Assembly (NCBI GenBank): GCA_965261615.1
Contig: OZ253461.1
Span: 750,761 to 814,760, forward strand
Length of the DNA stretch: 64,000 nucleotides
Direction of reading: 5' to 3'
DNA from: Alphaproteobacteria bacterium
GTDB lineage: Bacteria; Pseudomonadota; Alphaproteobacteria; Bin98
The position numbers and the translations under genes were made by a program. This document shows, in pieces, positions 1 to 10,579 of the stretch. The notes below the pieces were generated by a model. That model had not been told where the DNA came from. It saw only the letters and a program-made list of their open reading frames with translations, and searched no databases. The first letter of the stretch is position 1. Every line of letters begins with the position of its first letter.

Positions 1-2
1 AT

Positions 3-1502
3 GCGTTGAGAGAGTTTCAATATCATGTTAAGGCTCCAGAAGACCAAAGAGAGCAGGGTCGCCTGGCCATGCCTGGCATACTCAAATATATGTTTGCGCT
101 CGTAGGGCAAGATTTGTGGCCAGGAGCGAAGAGGTTGTACACTAGCGAGGTTGATATAATGGCGTCTGGCGGACGTCTAGGCGGAAGTCCAGGGCTTGTG
201 CCTCTGACTCCCCCACTGGATATCCCTGATGCATTTTTAGCGTCAAACAATGACTTTGATGATCTTTTGCATTTTATCTATCACCCATTACAGGACATGT
301 GGAACCACCTTACGGACCCTCCGGCTAAGGCCATTCCGAGAGGACTGTTTGAAGTGCTGATGTATCACTGTTCGCTGAATGTGGGCCAAAAGAATTATGG
401 TGCCCAAAACTTGGCTGGTATGATGAGGCGATACCTGAAAAATGACTTATCCTTGACTTACTTTAGAGAGGGTGAGACTTACATTTCAGCAGAGCATGAG
501 AGTTTAAACCAGACTGCTGATGCTGTTTGGAATGGTGTGCAGCATATTCACCAACTGTATGCTGTGCATCCGGTTCCAACAGAGGGTGTGAAAACAAATA
601 GGTCTTTATGGATTCGTCTGGTGGATTGGTTTAGCATGCTGCATAGACTAACAATGGTAGTGGAAACCAAAAGGCAGGATAATGTCAAATTGCCTTGGAG
701 CGATAAAGAAGTTTGGTCTGCAATGCGATGGCTACTATCCCAACGCTTGTTGGCAGGAGAGCAGGTTCTTAAGCCTGTAGCAGAAATGTTGGCTGCCTCT
801 GGTGGATCTGAGGTTGCTCATGAGATTTACAAGGATATCCTGTATTACAGTGGAGGAGGAAGAAGGGATGACGCGATTTGCTTGATTAATGATCTTCAGG
901 GTTATGCACTTTTTCTCGTGGAGAGTAGGCCGTGGGAAGCGACTTATGCTGCAGTGAAGAACCTCTTTAAACTGGAAAATGAGCAGGTGCAGGCGCTGTT
1001 TGTGGAGGCTGCCCTTGAAGAGATCATGCTTGCGTGTGATGACTTGGTTGCTGCTGATGATGGTAGCCCCGAAGGACCTGCAGGATATATAGCTGTTGCT
1101 TTTAGCCGCAGCTCTGAAAAGCGTGTTGAAAGCGACGGCAAGTACGTTCGCCGTTTGCGCTATGCGTTACACATGCTTTCTACCGCTCTTAACTCTCAGG
1201 GTCTAGATTTGTTAAAGAAATTTGAAACCCCTATTTCTGTTTTAAATAAAGAGTATCCGGCTGCAGCATGGGGAAGAGAATACCGACAAAAATTTTTAGA
1301 AGAAATGAGAGCAATAATTGCCGTGGAGATGAAAATGGGATATGAGGAAATGCGGGCGTTAACAGACCAGGCGTTAGCTAAAATTTTGCCGCATATTTTG
1401 GCAAACTTTGACGTTCAGAAAGAGTTTCCGTTATATGCGCCAGCTCCAGAAGAAAAGCATACTACAATAGCAAAAGTGTTAAAGGTGAAAGTGGTAAGAT
1501 AA
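3..1502 (+). CDS. 5'-truncated hypothetical protein, divergent member of family A
   Basis: Frame is open to the window edge. ALEEIMLACDDLV, RLRYALHML and WGREYRQ match the ALEDxLEACDDLV, LVYALD and WxxQR blocks of the downstream paralogs. Confidence 0.8.
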   Translation, partial: ALREFQYHVKAPEDQREQGRLAMPGILKYMFALVGQDLWPGAKRLYTSEVDIMASGGRLGGSPGLVPLTPPLDIPDAFLASNNDFDDLLHFIYHPLQDMWNHLTDPPAKAIPRGLFEVLMYHCSLNVGQKNYGAQNLAGMMRRYLKNDLSLTYFREGETYISAEHESLNQTADAVWNGVQHIHQLYAVHPVPTEGVKTNRSLWIRLVDWFSMLHRLTMVVETKRQDNVKLPWSDKEVWSAMRWLLSQRLLAGEQVLKPVAEMLAASGGSEVAHEIYKDILYYSGGGRRDDAICLINDLQGYALFLVESRPWEATYAAVKNLFKLENEQVQALFVEAALEEIMLACDDLVAADDGSPEGPAGYIAVAFSRSSEKRVESDGKYVRRLRYALHMLSTALNSQGLDLLKKFETPISVLNKEYPAAAWGREYRQKFLEEMRAIIAVEMKMGYEEMRALTDQALAKILPHILANFDVQKEFPLYAPAPEEKHTTIAKVLKVKVVR

Positions 1503-1660
1503 CCTGTTGTCTTTTGCAAGGGGGGTAATGTGCCTGGAGCTAGCTCGTATATTGTGCAGAGGACCTAGGAGGGAGCTTCTGGCTATATTACGGTGATTTT
1601 AGCCTGCTTTCACGGACCCCTCTGATGTTGTGCTATGTTTTTCAAACTCTTGCAAGCACA

Positions 1661-1689
1661 TTGATTCTAAAAGGTTTGAGTGGTATCAT
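1661..1689 (+). promoter_or_regulatory. putative sigma70 promoter upstream of the 1966 gene
   Basis: TTGATT-17 nt-TATCAT with TG extension. Confidence 0.4.
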
Positions 1690-1965
1690 TCGTATAAGCA
1701 CTTCTGTGACCGTTATGAATAAGCACTGCCCACTAACATATAAGAGCCGTTTGACAAGAATCTTTAGAGGGGAGGAAGGAGATAGTTACGGTGCATATGA
1801 AAGAGGACAACTCGGCGCTACAGAAACAAACCAATCAAACTTTGTCAAAAGGTTTGATCCCAAAAGAGCTGATCCCTTTTCCTCAAAACAATTAACTTCA
1901 AATGTCTTAAAAGGTTCAGGCGCTGCAGCTGCATCTAGAGCAGCTTTTTATGGAGAGTTAAAAAA

Positions 1966-3999
1966 ATGAAAAAAGTAACGTGTATTTTGATGGTTGTGTT
2001 GTCCCTATCTTGTAGGGCTGAAAATCGGAAAAAATTGGCTAATGATGCTGTTCGCTCTGCAATGTTGGCGGTGCAAGAAGTGGCTCAACTTTCCGAGGGG
2101 CAGATTGATGATATCCTTCAGTTCAGCTTGCAGGGGGATGGCTTGCAAAATGGTACGCTGCCTCGTTTGTTTGCTGATGAGATGGAGGTCCCTTTAAGTG
2201 GCGAGCTCCCTTTAGGGTTGCTGTGCTGGCCATATACACGACATGTGGACCACCTTAACAGCGAGCTCCCTAAAAGAAAGGCTGCATATGAGCATGCACA
2301 CGCAGATTTAGCACGTCTTCTTAATGTACTGGAAGGGGGAAACTTGAGGAATGGGGGGTACTTGAAAGAACAGCTTGAACAGGTAGGCAATCAAGAGCTT
2401 TTAGCAAAAATTCTTGGATTCTTTGCATTTGCAAATGTGATCAAAGGCGAGATTTCGTATGGCGAATTTTTGAAGTACTTGCCAAAACGCATTAACGTGC
2501 AGGGCGGCGAACTCTTTGCGCTGCCTAAAGCAATTTGCTCCTCAGAGGATGGGGATGAGGATCGTTTTTTTAAGGCAAGTTTGGACCACTTGATTTTAAT
2601 AACAGCTAAAATCATTGAGTCTGCAATAACATCTATAAATATTCAGAGACGGAAGGCCGGCACTGTGCCCACCAATAACTTGTTTTTGTGGCATTGCATC
2701 CTGAAGGGGAAGCTAACGCACATTGCGGATGGGGATTTATGGAAAAGTGAGGTTCCTTATGATGGAGTATTCACCTTAAACAGTAAGTATGGTGGTGATG
2801 GAGCCTTTCATGTAATCAAGAAAGGAAATCGTATAGATTTGACAACACCCGGAGAATATGAAACGCTTCGCGGATCTATAGGTCAAGGAGGATCAGAGGC
2901 TGCATCTGCTCGGAACCAGCGTATCTCAGCTGTTTATGAGACAATTGCGGATCAAAAATCTGATATTTTGCCGTGCTCCCTTATTTTAGGATCCTTAGAC
3001 GCGACTGTGCCTTTTTATAAGTGTGTGCACCAAATGACTCCTGCAAAAGCTAGAAAAACTCTTGTGCGGCTACTTTTTTGGGAAGATGCTATGAGCCATA
3101 TTAGCTCAAAAATGGTGCGAGATGACCTTAGCAACGTGGAGGATATCACTCTAAGCTACCTTGGCACTGATATGGTTAATGCCATACTGTCACAGCGTAT
3201 GGCTGCTGTTTGGGAGGGGGTGCTGTCTCACTCACAAGTCATGCACCGTTTGGGCATTTCCCGTGTGAATGCTCTTGAAATTTGGCAGAAGCCAGAACCC
3301 ACGCCCTATAAGGAAGCACGCTCTTTGTACAGTAGTGTTTGGGATTCACGTTTGGTGGTGAAAATGTCCGCGGATGAGCTGCTTTATCTTAAGCTGGAAT
3401 ATGTAGTGGAAGACATACTGGAGTCCTGTGAAGAGCTGGTTCGTACACATGGCAGCACTCAAGGGTCGCGCGTGATTGTAGAAGCGTTGAATCGCATGAA
3501 AAATAAAGACCAAACCCGCGCTAATATTGTGCGCCTTGACTATACGTTAGATATTTTGGCAGACTGTCTTCCCGATCGCACAGCTTTTCGTGACTTTGAG
3601 AAAATGGATCGTGACCAGCCCTGGAAAGAGCAGCGTGAAACTCTAAAGCGTTGCTTGTATGATTTGGTTGTACGCGCTACAGGTATGTTTTATGCGAATG
3701 TTCGTGATAAAAACTACCAATCGCTGATGGATTTTGTTAGAACGTGTACCACTGATGAGACCGTAATAGATCAAATAAATCTTACGCTTGAGGCTTCCCT
3801 TCTTGAGGAAGATGAGAAAAGAGAGGGGGCTGACCAAGGAGTGAATTTGGACCGTGATTGGGGGGCTTTAGAGTCAACAAGCTCTCAAGAAAGCTTAGAT
3901 GACTTCGGGAGCTCCATACAGTCAACAAGATCCCAAGAAAGCTTGGGTGAATTGGGTGGATACCCCGTATCCGTAGTTCAAGCTATATGTTTAAATTGA
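1966..3999 (+). CDS. secreted hypothetical protein, family A (677 aa)
   Basis: GGAG SD and signal peptide MKKVTCILMVVLSLSCRA. Family motifs WPYTRHV, ILGFFAFAN, FFKASLDHL, QRMAAVWEG. Acidic Ser-rich tail with duplicated STxSQESL. Confidence 0.9.
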   Translation: MKKVTCILMVVLSLSCRAENRKKLANDAVRSAMLAVQEVAQLSEGQIDDILQFSLQGDGLQNGTLPRLFADEMEVPLSGELPLGLLCWPYTRHVDHLNSELPKRKAAYEHAHADLARLLNVLEGGNLRNGGYLKEQLEQVGNQELLAKILGFFAFANVIKGEISYGEFLKYLPKRINVQGGELFALPKAICSSEDGDEDRFFKASLDHLILITAKIIESAITSINIQRRKAGTVPTNNLFLWHCILKGKLTHIADGDLWKSEVPYDGVFTLNSKYGGDGAFHVIKKGNRIDLTTPGEYETLRGSIGQGGSEAASARNQRISAVYETIADQKSDILPCSLILGSLDATVPFYKCVHQMTPAKARKTLVRLLFWEDAMSHISSKMVRDDLSNVEDITLSYLGTDMVNAILSQRMAAVWEGVLSHSQVMHRLGISRVNALEIWQKPEPTPYKEARSLYSSVWDSRLVVKMSADELLYLKLEYVVEDILESCEELVRTHGSTQGSRVIVEALNRMKNKDQTRANIVRLDYTLDILADCLPDRTAFRDFEKMDRDQPWKEQRETLKRCLYDLVVRATGMFYANVRDKNYQSLMDFVRTCTTDETVIDQINLTLEASLLEEDEKREGADQGVNLDRDWGALESTSSQESLDDFGSSIQSTRSQESLGELGGYPVSVVQAICLN

Positions 4000-6900
4000 G
4001 TATAATAGTATGGATTGTTGTATTGGTTGGAGACGGTGCGCTCTCAGCTCAATGCACAGATTATGCACACATAGCTGTGCAGGCAGTTTATTCGGCCAGA
4101 AATGGACTGAATAAAGTACTGTCCCTAGGAGACCCGTCCGAACAAAACGACCATACTGCTAAGGTGAATGCTGCGCGTCTGCGTGCGGTAATGGATGCAC
4201 TCGGAGAGTCAGGTGTTGCGCATGGGAGAGCGCCCTGTACGGGAAGGTCCTACATGCTCTGGACTCCTGTGGAGTCTTCGACTCGATATACTTGGCCGTT
4301 TACGGGGCATGTGCGTCATGATAATGATCAGTATCCTAAAAGAAAACAAGCATACCAATATGCTTCAGAAAAGCTGATCTCTATGCGATCAGGCTGGAAA
4401 GATGCTTCTGATCTTCTTAGTTTTTTGAAGGACAAGGGCAACAAATCTGATCTGGCAGAGGTGCTGGGTTTTCTTTTCTTCGCAAATGCTATAAAAGATG
4501 ACATCTCTTATGAGGAGTTTGCCGGCTTTTTGCCACGTGTATTTGAAGACAGGGACGATCGAGAATTTGTTCCAATGCCTATTGTCCGTGTCCACAAATA
4601 TGGGAATTACCATTTTACCTCTAGTGTTGATCACTTAATCTGCTTAACAAATTCTATACTGCAAGCGGCATTTGAATCAGAGCTGGCATTTTGTGCCGGT
4701 CGCGATGCGTTAGTGCCACCGCTCTTTTTGTGGGAGGCTGTTCTTGGACATAGGTGTACAAACATGGACGATTTGTGGCAGAGGTTAATTCGAGGGGATG
4801 CCTGGCTCTATGCACCTAATGAAAGACTGTTTAAACATGTCATAAAGAACACAGAAGGTGGGTATAGGCTTACTCTCTCTGATAGTGAGATGTCGTTTGA
4901 AAGTAATTTGGCCGATGATTTTGTCCGACGTCTGCAGGGCAATACGATAGACAACCCAATTTTTCTCTATGCCTTATTGGCAGGATTGTCGAACATCGAA
5001 TGTGTAGCCCCTTTTAATATGTGTCTGCGCTTAGAGGAAGAGCCGCGAGGAGTGCGTCGCAAACTTGTTCTGTTAAATATTTGGATGGAGGAGATGAGGA
5101 TGGTCGGCATACATTTGTTTGCGAGTGATTACGAAGTGCTGACAAACGAATCTGATCTGATGTCAAATGCCGCTGTGTTTGCGAAATGGCCTATTCCTGC
5201 TGCAGTTCTTACACAAAGAGCTGGGTCAGGTTGGGAGGGTGTTGTGTCGCACTCTCAAGTGATGTACCAGCTTTCAGTGTCTCGAAATGCTGTTTTGCAC
5301 CTCTTTCGTATGCCCCACATTACTATGCAGGATGCTGAGGGTCACTCCACGCTTGCGGCGCATATTTTGTTGGAACGACTTAGCCAGGAGGAGGGGTTGC
5401 GCAATTTAAAATGGGAGTATGCCTTGGAGGATGTGCTAGAGGCATGTGATGATCTGGTGGAAAGTCTTGGGGAGGAGGGAGCACTGCGTACTCTGTTCGC
5501 AAACTGGGAACTTCTGAATCCGTCAGAGTGTGAGGGGAGCTGTCGCCTTGTGTATGCGTTAGATTTTTTTCAAAGCCTATGTGGTCGCCCACTTACTCTT
5601 GAGGACCTGAAGGGCGTGCAAGAGGAGGTTGGGTGGAAAGCGCAGCGGCAATTGATGCGTACACGCTTGATGGAGGTCGTGCACGCTGTAGAAAATGAAG
5701 AATATCTCAGCATATGCAAGGTCAATAATGATACCTTGTGTGATTTCGTGGCTGATTATCCTGGCGATCAAGATAGAGACACCATCGCAACTGCGTTGGT
5801 GGAGTCGTTGAAAGAGTTGAGTGATGGGGGGCAGTATTATGTAGATTGGTCCCCTTTAACAAGTGGATATCCCTTCTTAAGGCCACCCTCACAACACGGT
5901 CCTGTTGCAAAGGCGGCTGTGCTCTCCGCTCACAAAGCACTTGAGGCTGTTTGTGAACTGGAAACGTATGATAGGGAGCTTTGGAGTTTACGTGAGAAAT
6001 ATCCAGAACTGGGAGTGCCTGATGTACACAACCTTCAAATGGAAGGGTTAAAAGAGATGTGGTATGCGCTGCATAACCCGAATCTTCAGCAAGGATGTCT
6101 TCCAAAAATTGACAAAATCCTCAGTGTCAGTGATGAAAGTTATTCTGCACACCTGATGGAAGGTCGATCTTTAAATGGGAAGCGACAATATTGGCCATAT
6201 ACGCGATTTGTGCGCTGGAATAGGACAGAGTTTCCTAAACGAAAAAGAGCCTATGAATATGCTGTGAAAAAGCTGGAATCTCTGCATCCAGATTTGCGCG
6301 AACTTGGTGTTATTCCTTTCCTAAAGCTAGAGAAAAAAAAGTCCGATCTGGCAGAGGTTTTAGGTTTTTTTGCTTTCGCAAATGCTGTAAGGGAGGACGT
6401 GTCTTATGCAGAATTTATTAGATGTTTAACATTTGAGGATCATGATAAGAACAGAAGGACTTTTGAGCATATGCCTATGATCAATATAGAAGATGATTGC
6501 GATAGCTTTTTTAAGGCAAGTGTAGACCATCTTCTGCTGCTAACATATGATAAAATGCAGTATGCATTTCAGGAAGGACGGGCTTCTTTAGTGGAAGCGC
6601 AGGCTCTAGAAAAAAGGGGCATTGAAGATCCTCACCCACCGATGATTCCACGTGTTTTTTCTTGGCATTGTATGCTTCGTGAAGCATTAACACACAGAAA
6701 AAAGGGTGCTGGCTTGTGGCGTAATAGCTTGCAGGAAGGTGGGGTTTTTAATGTTCGTATGCCTGAAGATGATAAACTGTTGTATTTGAAAAGCGATTTG
6801 GGATTTCAAGGACTGTCAAAAGAAGATGCTCTTGAAGCCCTTCAAAAGTTAGTCAGTGAAAGTGTGCCGCCAAGGGCTGGTGTGCTGTGGCTTTTTCAAG

Positions 6901-7844
6901 TTGTGGCAGGCCTATGCTCTTTAGATCAGGTCCCGCCTTTTAACCTGTGTCTGTACCAAACTCAAGATCCGCTAGAGGTTCGATGTAAAATAATAAGACT
7001 GATGTTTTGGGAGGACAGTTTATGCGCCATTAGCCAAAACTTATTAAACCAAATAAGACGTCACGCCAGAATGGAGCGTTTTGGAGGCAGTAAACGTAGT
7101 CAAGACATAGATTGGGATGCTCAGTGGTTTGCAAAGAAAGGTGTGATATCTGCGATTCTTGCACAGCGTCTGGGTGCTGGATGGGAAGGTATTGCTGCCC
7201 CATCTCGGGCTATGCATCGCGTGGGCCTGGGCACTAAAGATTTTGTTCTTTTGGTGAAGCCTGTAAAAAGTTTAGAAAACCAAGACTGTTCACTTGCTGG
7301 TGAAATTGTGCGGTTAAGATTGTCCGGCACTATGAGCGAGAGAGAGCTGCGTTACCTTCAGTGGGAGTGGGCACTGGAGGATTTGCTGGAGGCATGTAAT
7401 GATGCTTTGGATGAAAGAGATGATGATTTTCTAGTACGTATCGTGCAGCAGGATATAGCAGGGAAGACCTCGTCTACAAGTGCTGCATATGCCTGTGAGA
7501 TGTGGCGATTGCTTTGTGGTTGTGAGCTTTCAGGTTTAGATACGGTTTTTCTGGCCCAGTCTTACCACCTTCAACATAATGTTCTGCGCAAATATCTTAC
7601 TGATATTATAGAGACAAAAGAGAAAATTTCGTATAAAAAAATCTGCGAGATCAATTGTAAAAATATTATGAATTTTGTGGATCAATGCACAAATGATGAT
7701 AAAGAAAAGCAGTGCATTGCAGACGCGCTGGATATGTCACTGCGTATTTTGAAAGGTGAAGAGATCGACTTTCAGATGCAAATTGATTGGCCCATAAAAG
7801 ATAAAGATTTATCAGGGTACACGTTTCCCAAAAGCAAGTGCTAA
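3987..7844 (+). CDS. secreted hypothetical protein, family A, two tandem domain copies (1285 aa)
   Basis: Signal peptide. Motifs WP(F/Y)T, LAEVLGF, DHL, GWEG and ALEDxLEAC each occur twice. Overlaps the upstream gene by 13 nt. Confidence 0.9.
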   Translation: MFKLSIIVWIVVLVGDGALSAQCTDYAHIAVQAVYSARNGLNKVLSLGDPSEQNDHTAKVNAARLRAVMDALGESGVAHGRAPCTGRSYMLWTPVESSTRYTWPFTGHVRHDNDQYPKRKQAYQYASEKLISMRSGWKDASDLLSFLKDKGNKSDLAEVLGFLFFANAIKDDISYEEFAGFLPRVFEDRDDREFVPMPIVRVHKYGNYHFTSSVDHLICLTNSILQAAFESELAFCAGRDALVPPLFLWEAVLGHRCTNMDDLWQRLIRGDAWLYAPNERLFKHVIKNTEGGYRLTLSDSEMSFESNLADDFVRRLQGNTIDNPIFLYALLAGLSNIECVAPFNMCLRLEEEPRGVRRKLVLLNIWMEEMRMVGIHLFASDYEVLTNESDLMSNAAVFAKWPIPAAVLTQRAGSGWEGVVSHSQVMYQLSVSRNAVLHLFRMPHITMQDAEGHSTLAAHILLERLSQEEGLRNLKWEYALEDVLEACDDLVESLGEEGALRTLFANWELLNPSECEGSCRLVYALDFFQSLCGRPLTLEDLKGVQEEVGWKAQRQLMRTRLMEVVHAVENEEYLSICKVNNDTLCDFVADYPGDQDRDTIATALVESLKELSDGGQYYVDWSPLTSGYPFLRPPSQHGPVAKAAVLSAHKALEAVCELETYDRELWSLREKYPELGVPDVHNLQMEGLKEMWYALHNPNLQQGCLPKIDKILSVSDESYSAHLMEGRSLNGKRQYWPYTRFVRWNRTEFPKRKRAYEYAVKKLESLHPDLRELGVIPFLKLEKKKSDLAEVLGFFAFANAVREDVSYAEFIRCLTFEDHDKNRRTFEHMPMINIEDDCDSFFKASVDHLLLLTYDKMQYAFQEGRASLVEAQALEKRGIEDPHPPMIPRVFSWHCMLREALTHRKKGAGLWRNSLQEGGVFNVRMPEDDKLLYLKSDLGFQGLSKEDALEALQKLVSESVPPRAGVLWLFQVVAGLCSLDQVPPFNLCLYQTQDPLEVRCKIIRLMFWEDSLCAISQNLLNQIRRHARMERFGGSKRSQDIDWDAQWFAKKGVISAILAQRLGAGWEGIAAPSRAMHRVGLGTKDFVLLVKPVKSLENQDCSLAGEIVRLRLSGTMSERELRYLQWEWALEDLLEACNDALDERDDDFLVRIVQQDIAGKTSSTSAAYACEMWRLLCGCELSGLDTVFLAQSYHLQHNVLRKYLTDIIETKEKISYKKICEINCKNIMNFVDQCTNDDKEKQCIADALDMSLRILKGEEIDFQMQIDWPIKDKDLSGYTFPKSKC

Positions 7845-7964
7845 AAGCATGCAGACTGTGCTTTTCTATCGCAAAAAAGGAGGAGTGTAGCTCTTTTTTA
7901 TCTCATGCTGGCTAATGTTGTTGAGAGATGCTCCTTCGTAAGGTATGGTGTCGTAGAGGGTGGC

Positions 7965-10352
7965 GTGATATATATTTTTTTAATTATATTTGTCTTTAAT
8001 GGGGCGATGGCTCGTGACGCCAAGGGGTATAGGCTTCTTGTGGAAAAATCCGTGCAATCAGCCATGCGTGCGTTGGATGCAGTTGCTAATTTATCAGTGG
8101 TAGATGGACGATTTCAAGAGATGTTCCGGAGGGGAGGGATGATTCGGCTTCCTGAAGTGAAGAAGATACAAAGTGATAGGCTTCTGGGGGTGTGGAAAGC
8201 GCTTCAAGTTGACAACATTAAGAAAGGAAGCGCTCCGGACATTTCAAGGCTTCTGGTAGCTGAAACTCCAGATTCGGAAGCGCCACCACCGCCTCGACGA
8301 GGCGAAAAACCAAGCAGCCACCCAAAGTTTGATGCAGACCTTAGGGTAGGGCAGGAGACAAATGGAAAGCGGCATTACTGGCCTTATACGAGATTTGTTC
8401 GGCACCAGAATGAAAAGTATCCCAAAAGACAGGCGGCTTACCAGGCAGCTTTAGATCAGCTAACACGCATGGTGTCGGGCTGGAAGGGCGTGGATAGTAT
8501 GGTTGTTGCGCTGCGGAACTCAGGTAACAAGCAGAGACTTGCAGAAATTTTAGGTTTTTTTGCTTTTGCAAACGCTGTAAGGGTGGACCTGAGTTATGAG
8601 GACTTTGCACAACACCTGCCGCCGAATATCCAAGATAGAGCTGAACGAGTTTTTCAGCAAATGCCAGTTATTAACATAGAAAATGATGTAGATAGCTTTT
8701 TTAAGAGCGGTGTGGATCATTTGCTGCTTTTAACATACGAGAAGCTTAAATATGCATTTGAGGATGGGTGGGACTCCTTTCTTGAAGCGAGTATAATCGC
8801 AAGCCGAGGAAAGCAGTATGCAAAGTTTACTCCGAAGGTTTTTCCACTTTTGTTTTATTGGCAGTGTTTCATTCATGACCACATAACTCACTTGAATCAG
8901 AAGTGTGGTTTGTGGGGGCATGATCTTCATGTGGCCGGTTTTTATGATGTTAAAATGCTGCCGGAGGGTAAAATATGGAATTTGTTGGGCTTAGAGGGCT
9001 TTCCAGGGATGGTTTTTATGGGGGACGAGAGGGTATTGAGCTCATTAAAATCAAGGGTTGCTGAACTCGTTCCGCCAAGAACGGATGCTTTATGGTTTTT
9101 TCAAGCTGTGGCGGGGTTGGCGAGCCTAGACCCAGTGCCTCCTTTTATACTCTGTTTACGTCAAGCTACCGACCCTCTGGACGTGCGATGCAAATTGATT
9201 AGGCTTATGTTCTGGGAAAATGCTATGTGTAATATTAGCAAAATCTTATTACGTCGCGAAGTCATATCAAGGCGCCATATATTTCGTGCACATAAATATG
9301 AAAAAGGAGAAGAAGAAACTAAATGGATGGCGAAGTGGGCCTTGGCTCCTGCCGTTTTAGCACAGCGTCTAGGGGCCGGTTGGGAAGGAATAGTTGGGCA
9401 CTCAAGGGTGATGAACCGACTTAGCGTAACAAGAGCGGATGCTTTGGAGGCTATTAATCCGCCTTTAATGCGTGATCTTCCGGTGCGATTTAAGCTTGCG
9501 GATGAAGTTGCTAATGCAGGTTTAGCCAGCACTATGAGCCTCGAGGAGGTTCGCTGTTTGCAGTGGGAGTGGTGTTTGGATGAAATTTTAGAGTCATGCG
9601 ATGAATTGGTCGATGATATGGGAGAAAAACGTGGACTTGATTTAATTGTAAGCGTTTTGAGTAACCCTCAATTTGATAAGGGGTATGTTGGAAAGTGTAG
9701 CCTAGTTTATGCTATGGATTTTTGGAATGGTCTCTGCAATGGAGGTGTTGACTTAAAAAGTGATATGGAAGAAGTGCAGAAACTCCCTGGGTGGGAGGCT
9801 CAGCGTAGAAAACTGCGTGAGATACTAACTGCTATCATTGAGTCTTTTCAGGGAAGTGGATATTTTGAAATATGTCAGGCAAATAGTTTGAAAATTAAGG
9901 AGTTTGTGTCAAAATGCACAAATAACGATAAAGAAACAAAATGTATTTTTGAAGCAGTAGACCTTGCTGCAGTTGCGTTGGGTGGTGCAATGAAGGGTGA
10001 CTTGAAGAAGATCAATTGGCCTAATGATGACCTAGACCTCCGGCGTTATTCAGTGCCGAATCCAGAAGACTGGACGGATGCTGCTTTTCAAGAGGGGGAG
10101 GGTAAATTTGAGTCGAGTATTGTGGACCTTCCTCAGCTAAGAGAGAGGGTAGAGTCGACGAGCTCTAGTGATACAGAGATCTATGGTGGATTGCTAGATG
10201 ACGTTGATGTGGCAGAGCAATATGCAATTCTTGAGATGCTGGAAGAAGAGAAAAACGCGTCTAAGGTAAGTGTGAAAAAGCCTTCGCTTCCTCGAACAAG
10301 ATCTTCTGTAGAAGCGTGTGTTAGGGCAGTGGTTCGAGCCTTGATTTTGTAG
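7965..10352 (+). CDS. secreted hypothetical protein, family A
   Basis: Likely GTG start at 7965 (GAGGG SD; TTGAGA-17-TATGGT upstream), giving signal peptide MIYIFLIIFVFNGAMA. Full family A motif set. Confidence 0.88.
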   Translation: MIYIFLIIFVFNGAMARDAKGYRLLVEKSVQSAMRALDAVANLSVVDGRFQEMFRRGGMIRLPEVKKIQSDRLLGVWKALQVDNIKKGSAPDISRLLVAETPDSEAPPPPRRGEKPSSHPKFDADLRVGQETNGKRHYWPYTRFVRHQNEKYPKRQAAYQAALDQLTRMVSGWKGVDSMVVALRNSGNKQRLAEILGFFAFANAVRVDLSYEDFAQHLPPNIQDRAERVFQQMPVINIENDVDSFFKSGVDHLLLLTYEKLKYAFEDGWDSFLEASIIASRGKQYAKFTPKVFPLLFYWQCFIHDHITHLNQKCGLWGHDLHVAGFYDVKMLPEGKIWNLLGLEGFPGMVFMGDERVLSSLKSRVAELVPPRTDALWFFQAVAGLASLDPVPPFILCLRQATDPLDVRCKLIRLMFWENAMCNISKILLRREVISRRHIFRAHKYEKGEEETKWMAKWALAPAVLAQRLGAGWEGIVGHSRVMNRLSVTRADALEAINPPLMRDLPVRFKLADEVANAGLASTMSLEEVRCLQWEWCLDEILESCDELVDDMGEKRGLDLIVSVLSNPQFDKGYVGKCSLVYAMDFWNGLCNGGVDLKSDMEEVQKLPGWEAQRRKLREILTAIIESFQGSGYFEICQANSLKIKEFVSKCTNNDKETKCIFEAVDLAAVALGGAMKGDLKKINWPNDDLDLRRYSVPNPEDWTDAAFQEGEGKFESSIVDLPQLRERVESTSSSDTEIYGGLLDDVDVAEQYAILEMLEEEKNASKVSVKKPSLPRTRSSVEACVRAVVRALIL

Positions 10353-10579
10353 GCGTCGTGTAAGATTAATTGAGCGTCGATTGTGATCCTTGTGTCTTGA
10401 TGCGTACAGAAAACCTGCGAAAACGCGTAAAGGTGGCCTGGGAAAACCACCTGCAAACTGCATATGGAGTGACTCTATTAATACTATTTGCGCAATGACA
10501 AACGGGATAAAGGCGTTGTGTGATAATTTTGTTTGTGAGACGGGAGGGTTTTAGACTATGATGAGTGAGGGGGGTGTGT

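Noticed and set aside
1503-1625. tRNA, SRP, 6S or tmRNA in the first intergenic region
   Set aside because: No cloverleaf, T-loop or SRP/RNase P consensus recognisable by eye.
1625-1969. 114-aa ORF as a confident CDS
   Set aside because: No signal peptide, family motif or SD, and its 5' part overlaps a promoter-like element; kept only as part of a low-interest finding.
1966-2020. Lipoprotein signal (LSLSC), also VTGC at 29326
   Set aside because: The cysteine position is not consistent across paralogs and Cys is common in these + strand proteins; cannot be supported without SignalP.
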